Below are positions 17,473 through 25,676 of a stretch of 26,734 bases of DNA, piece after piece (position 1 is the stretch's first letter; every line of letters starts with the position of its first letter). Origin of the DNA: a virus (taxonomy: Duplodnaviria > Caudoviricetes); the IMG/VR virus record IMGVR_UViG_3300046786_000537, positions 1 through 26,734 of that record; one strand, written 5' to 3'. The translations under genes were made by a program, and so were the position numbers. The notes under the pieces were generated by a model. The model was given only the letters and a program-made list of their open reading frames with translations. It was not told where the DNA came from and ran no database searches.

Positions 17473-20022
17473 ATGGCACTTAAATTTAGACGTGGGACAA
17501 CCGCACAACAATCAGGTTCGTTAGCATTCGGAGAACCATTCGTAAACACAACATTAGGCACATTATTAGTCGGAGGAGCAACTGGTGATATTACATTAGC
17601 AGTAGCAGGAACGGGTAGTGTTGGAACTTTTGGGGCAATATCGGGTTCTGGATTAGATATTACAGGTAATGCAAATATTGCAGGTAACTTAACATTAGGT
17701 GGAACTATTACAATTGGTGATGCTTCTACTGATAATGTAGTTGTTAATGCAGATTTAAGTTCATCCATTATACCAAATAATGATAATGCATTTGATTTAG
17801 GTTCTTCTGCGGCAAGATACAGAGCAATCTATGGTACAAACATTTACGGTGCTATAAACGCAACCAACGGTGTTGTATCGGGTTCATCACAAGTAACCCC
17901 GTTATTACCGGCAGGAACAGTTAGTGGTTCAGTACAAGTAACATTAGGTGCAACATCGGGATTTTCAACATATAATACTGCATTACAAACTATAACTGGT
18001 TCATTAGTTTCAACTGCATCTGCTAATACTATTTCTATAACAAATATAAATACAGTAACGGCATCTGCATTAACAAGATTTACTAATTTAGAAACAACTA
18101 CCGCAAGTTTAAATACTTCGGTAAGTAATTTAAATACATTTAGTGCATCTGAAAATAGTAAAGCCGCTACATTGGCAACCTATACTGGTTCAGTAGATAG
18201 CAAATTTACAACTATTGGAACTGTAACTGCTTCGTATGATGGACGTTTCACTTCATTAGCAACTGTAACCGGTTCGTTAATCTCATCAGCATCTAATGCA
18301 AATGGTAGATTAAATGCAATCGAAGCAGTAAGTGGAACTTTTGCAAGAACAAATAGTGCAAACACATTCAACGGAACTCAAACTGTTAGTGGTTCATTAT
18401 TTGTAACACAAGATTTAGTAGTACAAGGTTCATCATCTATTCAAAATATCAGTTCTTCAAATTTAGTAATTGGTGCATCACTTGTAACTTTAAATACAAA
18501 CACTCCATCATCTAGATATGCAGGATTAAATATCATAGATAGTGGTTCATCTGGTGGTTCTGCCTCATTATGGTACGATGCCGTACAAGACGAGTTTATT
18601 CAGGTTCACAGAGGAAACGGAATAAACATAACATCATCTCATTTTGTACAAGGACCACAGACATTTGATAATTTAGGAAATGAAGCATATTTAACAAATA
18701 ATCGTTTAGTAAAAGGAACTGGTTTAGAACACATTGTTGATTCTAATATTACCGATACAGGTACTGAAATTTCATTAAACTCATTAACTTCGGTAACGGG
18801 TTCATTGAGAGTATCTAATGCTATTACTGCATCATCTGGTATTTTGAATGGTACATTAACACTTTCGGGTGACTTACCTAGATTATATTTAACAGATACA
18901 GTACATAATAATGATTATTCTATCATTAACACAGACGGTACATTTACTATCTATGATGATACATTATCTATCGGTAAATTCAAAATATATACAACCGGTT
19001 TAACAGAGATAACAGGACCATTGAGTGTAACGGGTGTAATTACTGGTTCAATTGCAGCAACGAACGGTGTAATATCGGGTTCTTCGCAAGTAGTTGGTTC
19101 TTCAATCACTACAAACACAGTAACCTTAAACGGACAATCGGTGGCATTGGGTGGAACTGCAACTATTGCAAACTTAGTATCGGGTTCTTCACAAATTACC
19201 GCAGCTTCAACTACTGGATTTGCAACGGGTGTAAAAACTCAATTAGATGCTAACACAGTTGTATCGGGTTCTTCACAAGTAATTGGAATATTAAGTTCAT
19301 TAAATACTTACACAGGTTCTAATGATACTACAAATGCATCCCAAAATACTTCAATAAGTAATTTAAATACATATACAAGTTCATTTGCAGCAGCATCTGT
19401 AACTTTAACAAATAAAACTATTAGTGGAGCATCAAACACTCTTTCTAATATTGCCAATGCATCTCTTACAAACTCTTCTGTAACCGTAACTGCGGGAACT
19501 GGTATGAGTGGTGGTGGTGCGGTTTCATTGGGTGGTAGTGTAACATTAACCAATGCCGGTGTAACATCGGCAGTAGCAGGAACAGGTGTAACAGTAAGTG
19601 GTGCAACCGGAGCAGTAACAATCTCAATTGGACAATCGGTAGCAACAACTGCAACTCCAACATTTGGTAACTTAACAATCAACGGAACTATTACTGCAAC
19701 TGGTGATATTACGGCATTCTTTACATCTGATAAGAGACATAAGAATAACATTCAAACTATCTCAAATGCAGTATTAAAAGTTAAACAATTAAATGGTGTA
19801 ACTTGGGAATGGAATGATGATGTGAATGAGGTAACTAAATCAACTCCAAAAACAGGTTTGATAGCACAAGAAGTTCAGCAAGTTCTACCACAGGTAGTAA
19901 TTGAAAGAGAAAATGGTTTCTTAGCATTAGATTATTCTAAAATGGTAGGTTTATTGGTAGAAGCAATTAAAGAACAACAAATTCAAATAGACCAATTAAA
20001 GGCACAAATAGGTTCTAAATAA
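17473..20022 (+). CDS. Tail fibre with N-terminal RRG..GE domain and C-terminal peptidase S74 autocleaving chaperone (849 aa)
   Basis: MALKFRRGTTAQQ..LAFGEPFVN start. C-terminal TSDKRHKNNI...GLIAQEVQQVLP...LDYSKMVGLLVEAIKEQ with the Ser (19726) x4 Lys dyad of intramolecular chaperones. Confidence 0.88.
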   Translation: MALKFRRGTTAQQSGSLAFGEPFVNTTLGTLLVGGATGDITLAVAGTGSVGTFGAISGSGLDITGNANIAGNLTLGGTITIGDASTDNVVVNADLSSSIIPNNDNAFDLGSSAARYRAIYGTNIYGAINATNGVVSGSSQVTPLLPAGTVSGSVQVTLGATSGFSTYNTALQTITGSLVSTASANTISITNINTVTASALTRFTNLETTTASLNTSVSNLNTFSASENSKAATLATYTGSVDSKFTTIGTVTASYDGRFTSLATVTGSLISSASNANGRLNAIEAVSGTFARTNSANTFNGTQTVSGSLFVTQDLVVQGSSSIQNISSSNLVIGASLVTLNTNTPSSRYAGLNIIDSGSSGGSASLWYDAVQDEFIQVHRGNGINITSSHFVQGPQTFDNLGNEAYLTNNRLVKGTGLEHIVDSNITDTGTEISLNSLTSVTGSLRVSNAITASSGILNGTLTLSGDLPRLYLTDTVHNNDYSIINTDGTFTIYDDTLSIGKFKIYTTGLTEITGPLSVTGVITGSIAATNGVISGSSQVVGSSITTNTVTLNGQSVALGGTATIANLVSGSSQITAASTTGFATGVKTQLDANTVVSGSSQVIGILSSLNTYTGSNDTTNASQNTSISNLNTYTSSFAAASVTLTNKTISGASNTLSNIANASLTNSSVTVTAGTGMSGGGAVSLGGSVTLTNAGVTSAVAGTGVTVSGATGAVTISIGQSVATTATPTFGNLTINGTITATGDITAFFTSDKRHKNNIQTISNAVLKVKQLNGVTWEWNDDVNEVTKSTPKTGLIAQEVQQVLPQVVIERENGFLALDYSKMVGLLVEAIKEQQIQIDQLKAQIGSK
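18388..18765 (+). repeat. 378-nt (126-aa) module, copy 2
   Basis: Same length as, and colinear with, 11704..12081. Confidence 0.9.
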
Positions 20023-21021
20023 ATGTACGATGTTTACTACACCACCGCAGGAGGACCTTGGTTCAATAGTGGTGCGGATATATGGGTAACAGAATGGATA
20101 AAGGAAGTGGCTCCTCATTTAGAGGTGAAGCCACTTCTTCTATTCCATAGACACAAACCTCAAAATTACGAAGAGTTTCCAATTGATATTGACCATGTTT
20201 GGGAAACATCGGAAGATGAGATATTAAAAATATTTGAAGGTGCTAGACGGATACATATTCTTCACGGTCATTACACTCCAACCAGAGCTATTCATCAAAG
20301 TTTGGAAAAGATTGATTCAATCGTTTTTCATAATTTAACAAGAGTATCTTTACTGGCACAAATGCAAAAAGAAGAATACTTACATTGGTATGGTAATTGG
20401 GAATATGAATCAGAAATGATTGATAAAATCAAACATAAAGTTTGGGTAGGGTTGTATCATTTTCCATATAAAACGGATAATTTACATCAAATACCAAACA
20501 AATACGAATTTAAAGCAAATAAAGAGGTTTCGGAATCGTTAAAAATAGGTTTTGCTGCAAGAGCAGAAGGTAGAAAGAATGTAGAGTTCATAGATGGACT
20601 TGAATCATATGTATCTACTAATACAGAAACATTTAACAAGTATTACCGACAAAAATATGGATATAAATTCGAAAAGAGTAAAATTTATAAGTTTGATTAC
20701 AAATATAAAGAAAGGTTCTACGGACTTGATTGGGGTATATCTCACTCGTGTTTTGAAAATGAACCATTCGGATATGGAATATTTGAAGCAGTTGATTGGG
20801 GCAAAATACCAATACTACATGAAAATTGGTGTATTCCCCTTGACTACAAATATAAAGCAAAAGATGCAGAAACTTTTAAGGAAACCTATCAGCAAATCTG
20901 TAACGATACTTACGAAGAAAGGAAAGCGGAACATCAAAAATTAAAAAATTGGATGCAACACCACTTTGGAAATACTGAAATATGGAAAGAAAAACTTTTA
21001 CATATTTATAACGGAGAATAA
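20023..21021 (+). CDS. GT-B fold (GT4-like) glycosyltransferase (332 aa)
   Basis: E-x7-E motif EPFGYGIFEAVDWGKIPIL (from 20761), preceded by KIGFAARAEGRKN. N-terminal GG..SGADIWV loop. The start codon directly abuts the fibre stop codon. Confidence 0.75.
   Translation: MYDVYYTTAGGPWFNSGADIWVTEWIKEVAPHLEVKPLLLFHRHKPQNYEEFPIDIDHVWETSEDEILKIFEGARRIHILHGHYTPTRAIHQSLEKIDSIVFHNLTRVSLLAQMQKEEYLHWYGNWEYESEMIDKIKHKVWVGLYHFPYKTDNLHQIPNKYEFKANKEVSESLKIGFAARAEGRKNVEFIDGLESYVSTNTETFNKYYRQKYGYKFEKSKIYKFDYKYKERFYGLDWGISHSCFENEPFGYGIFEAVDWGKIPILHENWCIPLDYKYKAKDAETFKETYQQICNDTYEERKAEHQKLKNWMQHHFGNTEIWKEKLLHIYNGE
21001..21010 (+). promoter_or_regulatory. Putative late promoter motif CATATTTATA
   Basis: In the last codons of the glycosyltransferase, 21 nt before ATG 21032. 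Confidence 0.45.
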
Positions 21022-21031
21022 TACATAAAAT

Positions 21032-22780
21032 ATGCCAAGGACAAATTTATCATTAGGGAATTTATATAGAGCAGTTAGTGGTTCAGCAAGAACATCGCAG
21101 GCAGTTTCAATTGGAGGGTTAGGAGCATCTGCTGCTAATTCATCATTTACATCTTTTGCAATAGATTCTGTAACAGTTACTCCACCTACATTCACTTATA
21201 TAGTAGAATCAACATCAGAAAATGCAAGTTTTTCATTTGGAACTGCTGGCTCATTGCATACTTCAAAAGTTGCTACCGTTGCTGCAAACTATTCTGTAAC
21301 ATTTGATAATGCAAACTTTTCAGTAGGTTCTCCATCATTGGGTGGTTCTCCAACATTCCCTATTACACCGGCATCAATTGCAAATTCAACATATTCGGAA
21401 GCACAATCTGTTTTGAGTATGAGATATGCTGACGGATATAATTTGGCAGCAACTAACTATAATACTACGGTTACTAAAACTTTATATGCAGTTGATGTGT
21501 ATAATACAATTAACCAACCTGATTTTTGTTTATTATTTGGAACAAAAGTAACAACTGTATCTGGAACACAATTAAATGTTGAAGATTTAGTAGTTGGAGA
21601 TAGAATTAAAGCATGGGTGCCAGCAGGATTACCTGATGAATCACAACCATTGGATTCTGAAAATGATGAGTGGAGATTCTATTTAACCCAAACAAACGAT
21701 GGAGCTCCGGCAGATGTTGTAGTTAAAGATATTACATTTAACTTTGCAAGTGGATATTATGATTTAAATAATGGTTTGGTAAAAGCAACAGGAACACACC
21801 CTCTATGGGTATGGGATGCTGAAATTGAAAAATACCATTTCAAACAAATACAAGATATAAAAATAGGAGATAAATTATCATCATATAACGATACCGATGG
21901 ATTAGTAGAAATTGAAATTACATCTATTAACATCATAACAGAAGATGTTGAAATTGTAACAATCAATGTGGAAAATTCTGACGTTTTCTTATCTAATGGT
22001 GTGGTATCTCATAATAAAGGTACAACGACACAACCATATATTCCATCATCTGGAATAAGAATGTATTCAGACCCTTCAAAAGCATCTTCTTTCCCAGGTG
22101 GTTCATTACCTGCAACAGGTACACCAACAACGGATTGGTTAGATTTGACAGGATATGGAACGGGTGTTAGACCAGCAGGTGTATCAAATGCAGCAGGATT
22201 TACTGGTAATAACCCTACATATAATAATGGGGCAAGTAGAAAAGAAAGATATTTCCAAGGTACTAGTAACTCTTATTGGTACAAAGATAGTGTAACTAAC
22301 ATTAGTGGTGGATATACAAACTTTAATACATCAGCATTAACGGTAATTGCGTGGATTAGATTACCATCACATTTGACAGCTGGTTATTATCAAATAATGG
22401 GTAAAAAAGCACCTATACCATCTACTAGATTATGGGGTGTGTTTTTACAATCAATAGATGGAGCAGGTAGTTACAGAGTTCACGAATCTATATTACAATA
22501 TAACGGAACATCTACTTCATTATCTACAAATGTTTGGTATATGATTTCTTATACTGCGGCATTAAATGGAACTAATGTTGGATATATTGATAAAACTGCA
22601 ACTGGAACTATATCTAATGGTTCATTAGATTATCAAACATTTGCACCTATAAATGTAGCAGGTGAAATGAGTAACTATACTTTAACAAGTCATTTAGGAC
22701 CTGTAATATTCTATAATAGACAATTAAGTTCAACCGAAATTGGACAAGTATATGATTATTTCTCTCCAACATACAAATAG
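21032..22780 (+). CDS. Virion adhesin-like protein: N-terminal anchor, Hint (intein-like) domain, C-terminal LamG-like domain (582 aa)
   Basis: Hint blocks CLLFGTKV, ATGTHPLWV and INVENSDVFLSNGVVSHN. C-terminal ALTVIAWIR...NVWYMISYT...IFYNRQLSSTEIGQVY LamG pattern. Confidence 0.8.
   Translation: MPRTNLSLGNLYRAVSGSARTSQAVSIGGLGASAANSSFTSFAIDSVTVTPPTFTYIVESTSENASFSFGTAGSLHTSKVATVAANYSVTFDNANFSVGSPSLGGSPTFPITPASIANSTYSEAQSVLSMRYADGYNLAATNYNTTVTKTLYAVDVYNTINQPDFCLLFGTKVTTVSGTQLNVEDLVVGDRIKAWVPAGLPDESQPLDSENDEWRFYLTQTNDGAPADVVVKDITFNFASGYYDLNNGLVKATGTHPLWVWDAEIEKYHFKQIQDIKIGDKLSSYNDTDGLVEIEITSINIITEDVEIVTINVENSDVFLSNGVVSHNKGTTTQPYIPSSGIRMYSDPSKASSFPGGSLPATGTPTTDWLDLTGYGTGVRPAGVSNAAGFTGNNPTYNNGASRKERYFQGTSNSYWYKDSVTNISGGYTNFNTSALTVIAWIRLPSHLTAGYYQIMGKKAPIPSTRLWGVFLQSIDGAGSYRVHESILQYNGTSTSLSTNVWYMISYTAALNGTNVGYIDKTATGTISNGSLDYQTFAPINVAGEMSNYTLTSHLGPVIFYNRQLSSTEIGQVYDYFSPTYK
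21527..22015 (+). other. Hint / bacterial intein-like domain (C166-N328), no homing endonuclease
   Basis: Cys at position 1 (TGT 21527), block B TxxH, terminal His-Asn (CAT AAT 22010-22015) followed by Lys. 163 aa long. Confidence 0.85.
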
Positions 22781-22806
22781 TAATTTGTTGTTTTGGAAAT
22801 AATTTT

Positions 22807-22816
22807 TATATTTATA
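22807..22816 (+). promoter_or_regulatory. Putative late promoter motif TATATTTATA (sheath)
   Basis: Intergenic, upstream of ATG 22851. Confidence 0.6.
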
Positions 22817-22850
22817 ATGAGATAATAAAATTTTTAAATTTAGCATTAAA

Positions 22851-25037
22851 ATGGCAGACAAAATAGTATCACCAGGTGTTTTTACAAAAGAAAACGACCT
22901 TTCATTTTTACAACAAGGTGTAGCTGATATTGGTGCAGCGTTCATCGGACCTTTTAAAGAAGGGCCAATTGTTCCAACAATCGTAAACTCTCAATCGGAG
23001 TTTGAAACTCTTTTTGGAGCAGTAGATGGAACATACTATACACCATTAGCAGTACAATCTTATTTAAGAGAAGCAGGAACTGCAACAATAGCAAGAGTAG
23101 CGGGTATCGGTGGATATGTAGCAGGTAAACCTTTATTATTAGTAGCAGCATCTGGTTCAGTATCATCCTCTGTTGGATTATTATTTTCAACAAACGAAGG
23201 TGAAGCTGGATTAAGTGGTTCATCTATTGTAGCTGATATTGTAAGTAAAACTATTTCATTAAATGCAGCTGATACAGATGATGTTGAATCTACATTTGGA
23301 ACAAACCCATTGGGTGCAAAACCTGCATATGTATATGGGTTCTTCAAAAATACAGGAGTAACACCAGTAACACAAAGTGCAATTTTATTAGGAACACAAG
23401 ATTTTGGTTTCGATGCATCAGAAGCAACAACACCTATTGTTCAATCACAATTGATTAGTGGTGAGAGATATGACTTATTCCAAATTGAAACAATTGGTGT
23501 AGGTACTTCTGCAAACACAAGAGTTAAAGTTGCTATTTCAAACATTAAAGCAGCAGGAACTGTAAGTGGAACTGATTATGGTACATTTACATTAACAGTA
23601 AGAGCTTACGGTGATACAAATAAGAAAAAGAATGTTTTAGAAACTTATTCAAACATTAACTTAGACCCTAATTCTCCTAACTTTATCAGTAGAGTAATTG
23701 GTGATAGAAAATTATCATTCAATGAAGAAGGTAAAATTACTGAAACAGGTGATTGGGTAAATAACTCAAAATACATTAGAATTGTAGGATTAAATACAGT
23801 TGCACCGGTACAAGCAGTTCCATTTGGACATGATTCGTATCATAGTATTGTTTCTGGTAGTTCAGCAGTATTGGATTTGATTCCGGCAGTATCATTTGTA
23901 ACATCATCGGCAACACAAGTTGGAGGTATTGATTTAGATAACAATTCGGATAACTCACTTCATTTAAAACCAATTCCAAACGGAGCAACAAATCAACCAA
24001 ATCCACAATTTGGTTTGGATGGAGCAGAAGGAGGAAATAAATCAGTAGGTGATACTGACGCACAATTCTTACTTGCATTCCAACATGGTTTTGATGGTAC
24101 TAGTCCATTAACTCCTATCAATTTGGGTTCTGATATTAACGAAGGAAACTCACAAGGATTTGATTTATCATCTGCAACGGCAAGTGGTTCAATCGCATAT
24201 GGTAAAGCAATTGCAGCATTATCAAACGCAGACGAATTTGACATCAATATGGTTGTAACTCCGGGTGTTATTAAGAGATTACACTCTTCGGTTGCAAGTG
24301 ATATTTTAGATATGGTTGAGCAAAGAAGTGATTGTTTCTATATTATGGATGCAAACTCTTTCAATGATACTATCACACAGGCAGTAACAGAGGCACAATC
24401 GATTGATTCCAACTACGCAGCAACTTACTACCCTTGGGTAAAAACAATCGATGTAAACACAAACAAATTGATTTCTGTTCCACCATCAGTATTGTTACCA
24501 GGAGTATTTGCTTCTAACGATAGAGTAGCAGCTGAATGGTTTGCACCAGCAGGTTTAAATAGAGGTGGTTTGACAGGAGCAGTTAGTGTATTAAATAGAT
24601 TAACACAATCTGAAAAAGATACATTATATGAAGGAAAGGTAAACCCAATCGTTCAGTTCCCAGGACAAGGTATCGTAGTGTTTGGACAAAAGACATTACA
24701 AGATAAACCATCTGCATTGGATAGAATCAATGTAAGAAGATTATTATTAACAGTTAGAAAATACATCGCATCTACTTCGAGATATTTAGTATTCGAACAA
24801 AATACTGCTGAAACTAGAAATAGATTCTTAAACATCGTAAACCCTTACTTAGAAGCAATTCAACAAAGACAAGGACTTTACGCATTCAAAGTAGTGATGG
24901 ATGCATCTAATAATACACCAGATGTAATTGATAGAAACATTATGAAAGGAGCTATCTACTTACAACCAACTAAAACTGCTGAATTCATTCAAATTGACTT
25001 CAACATTTTACCAACTGGTGCCGCATTTAACGGATAA
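22851..25037 (+). CDS. Contractile tail sheath protein (T4 gp18-like, 728 aa)
   Basis: N-terminal SPGVFTKEND. C-terminal YYPWV, VPPS, WFAPAGLNRG, VNPI..FPGQG.VVFGQKTL, RINVRRLL, FEQN and YLQPTKTAEFI are sheath-family hallmarks. Confidence 0.95.
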   Translation: MADKIVSPGVFTKENDLSFLQQGVADIGAAFIGPFKEGPIVPTIVNSQSEFETLFGAVDGTYYTPLAVQSYLREAGTATIARVAGIGGYVAGKPLLLVAASGSVSSSVGLLFSTNEGEAGLSGSSIVADIVSKTISLNAADTDDVESTFGTNPLGAKPAYVYGFFKNTGVTPVTQSAILLGTQDFGFDASEATTPIVQSQLISGERYDLFQIETIGVGTSANTRVKVAISNIKAAGTVSGTDYGTFTLTVRAYGDTNKKKNVLETYSNINLDPNSPNFISRVIGDRKLSFNEEGKITETGDWVNNSKYIRIVGLNTVAPVQAVPFGHDSYHSIVSGSSAVLDLIPAVSFVTSSATQVGGIDLDNNSDNSLHLKPIPNGATNQPNPQFGLDGAEGGNKSVGDTDAQFLLAFQHGFDGTSPLTPINLGSDINEGNSQGFDLSSATASGSIAYGKAIAALSNADEFDINMVVTPGVIKRLHSSVASDILDMVEQRSDCFYIMDANSFNDTITQAVTEAQSIDSNYAATYYPWVKTIDVNTNKLISVPPSVLLPGVFASNDRVAAEWFAPAGLNRGGLTGAVSVLNRLTQSEKDTLYEGKVNPIVQFPGQGIVVFGQKTLQDKPSALDRINVRRLLLTVRKYIASTSRYLVFEQNTAETRNRFLNIVNPYLEAIQQRQGLYAFKVVMDASNNTPDVIDRNIMKGAIYLQPTKTAEFIQIDFNILPTGAAFNG

Positions 25038-25048
25038 TTAAAAAATTA

Positions 25049-25058
25049 GATATTTATA
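25049..25058 (+). promoter_or_regulatory. Putative late promoter motif GATATTTATA (tube)
   Basis: Intergenic, upstream of ATG 25086. Confidence 0.6.
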
Positions 25059-25085
25059 GAAGAATAACATTTAAATACAAAAGAA

Positions 25086-25574
25086 ATGCCAGAAATATTA
25101 GAGTTTGACAAGATGTTCTATAAGAATTTTGAACCCAAATTAGGGAACAGATTCATCATGGAAATCAATGGTATAGAGTCATACATTATCAAAACTGCAA
25201 GTAGACCAACTTTTACATCTGAAATCGTTGAATTAGACCATATCAACGTGAAAAGAAAGATTAAAGGAAAATCAACTTGGGATGATATTAACATTACACT
25301 TTATGACCCAATTGTTCCATCAGGAGCACAACAAGTAATGGAGTGGGTGAGAAGTTCACATGAATCATTAACAGGTAGAGATGGATATGCAGCATTCTAC
25401 AAAAAAGACATCACTTTCTATCTATTAGGACCAGTTGGTGATAAAGTAGAACAATGGACATTAAAGGGAGCATTTATTACATCTGCAAACTTTGGTGAAT
25501 TAGATTGGGCATCAAACGACCCATTATCAATTGAATTAACTTTAACTTACGATTACGCTATACTTGAATACTAA
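25086..25574 (+). CDS. Tail tube protein (T4 gp19-like, 162 aa)
   Basis: Directly follows the sheath. FEPK..NRF, KGKSTWDDINITLYDPI, VMEW, YKKDI, EQWTLKGAF and LTLTYDYA match tube-family motifs. Confidence 0.9.
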   Translation: MPEILEFDKMFYKNFEPKLGNRFIMEINGIESYIIKTASRPTFTSEIVELDHINVKRKIKGKSTWDDINITLYDPIVPSGAQQVMEWVRSSHESLTGRDGYAAFYKKDITFYLLGPVGDKVEQWTLKGAFITSANFGELDWASNDPLSIELTLTYDYAILEY

Positions 25575-25601
25575 TCTCTAATAGTTAAACTCTTAAATAT
25601 A

Positions 25602-25637
25602 AAAGGGGAAGCAGCAATGTTTCCCCTTTGTTTTTTT
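25602..25637 (+). terminator. Intrinsic terminator after the tail tube gene
   Basis: 12-bp stem AAAGGGGAAGCA/TGTTTCCCCTTT (one G-U pair) with a GCAA (GNRA) tetraloop, followed by GTTTTTTT. Confidence 0.85.
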
Positions 25638-25676
25638 AAAAAATGTGATATATATTATTAAACACAAAGTTATATT

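Noticed and set aside
10729-20022. Diversity-generating retroelement, suggested by Mtd_N-like domains and repeated segments
   Set aside because: No reverse transcriptase is in the window. The repeat copies are all in-frame coding and differ at mixed, largely synonymous positions rather than only at adenines.
20023-21021. DNA glucosyltransferase role for the GT
   Set aside because: Not favoured, because it is coupled to late structural genes with no nucleotide-modification genes nearby. It cannot be excluded without a phylogeny.
21527-22015. Canonical mobile intein
   Set aside because: The +1 residue is Lys, there is no homing endonuclease, and the host protein is an adhesin rather than a conserved enzyme. 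It fits a BIL-type Hint domain better.
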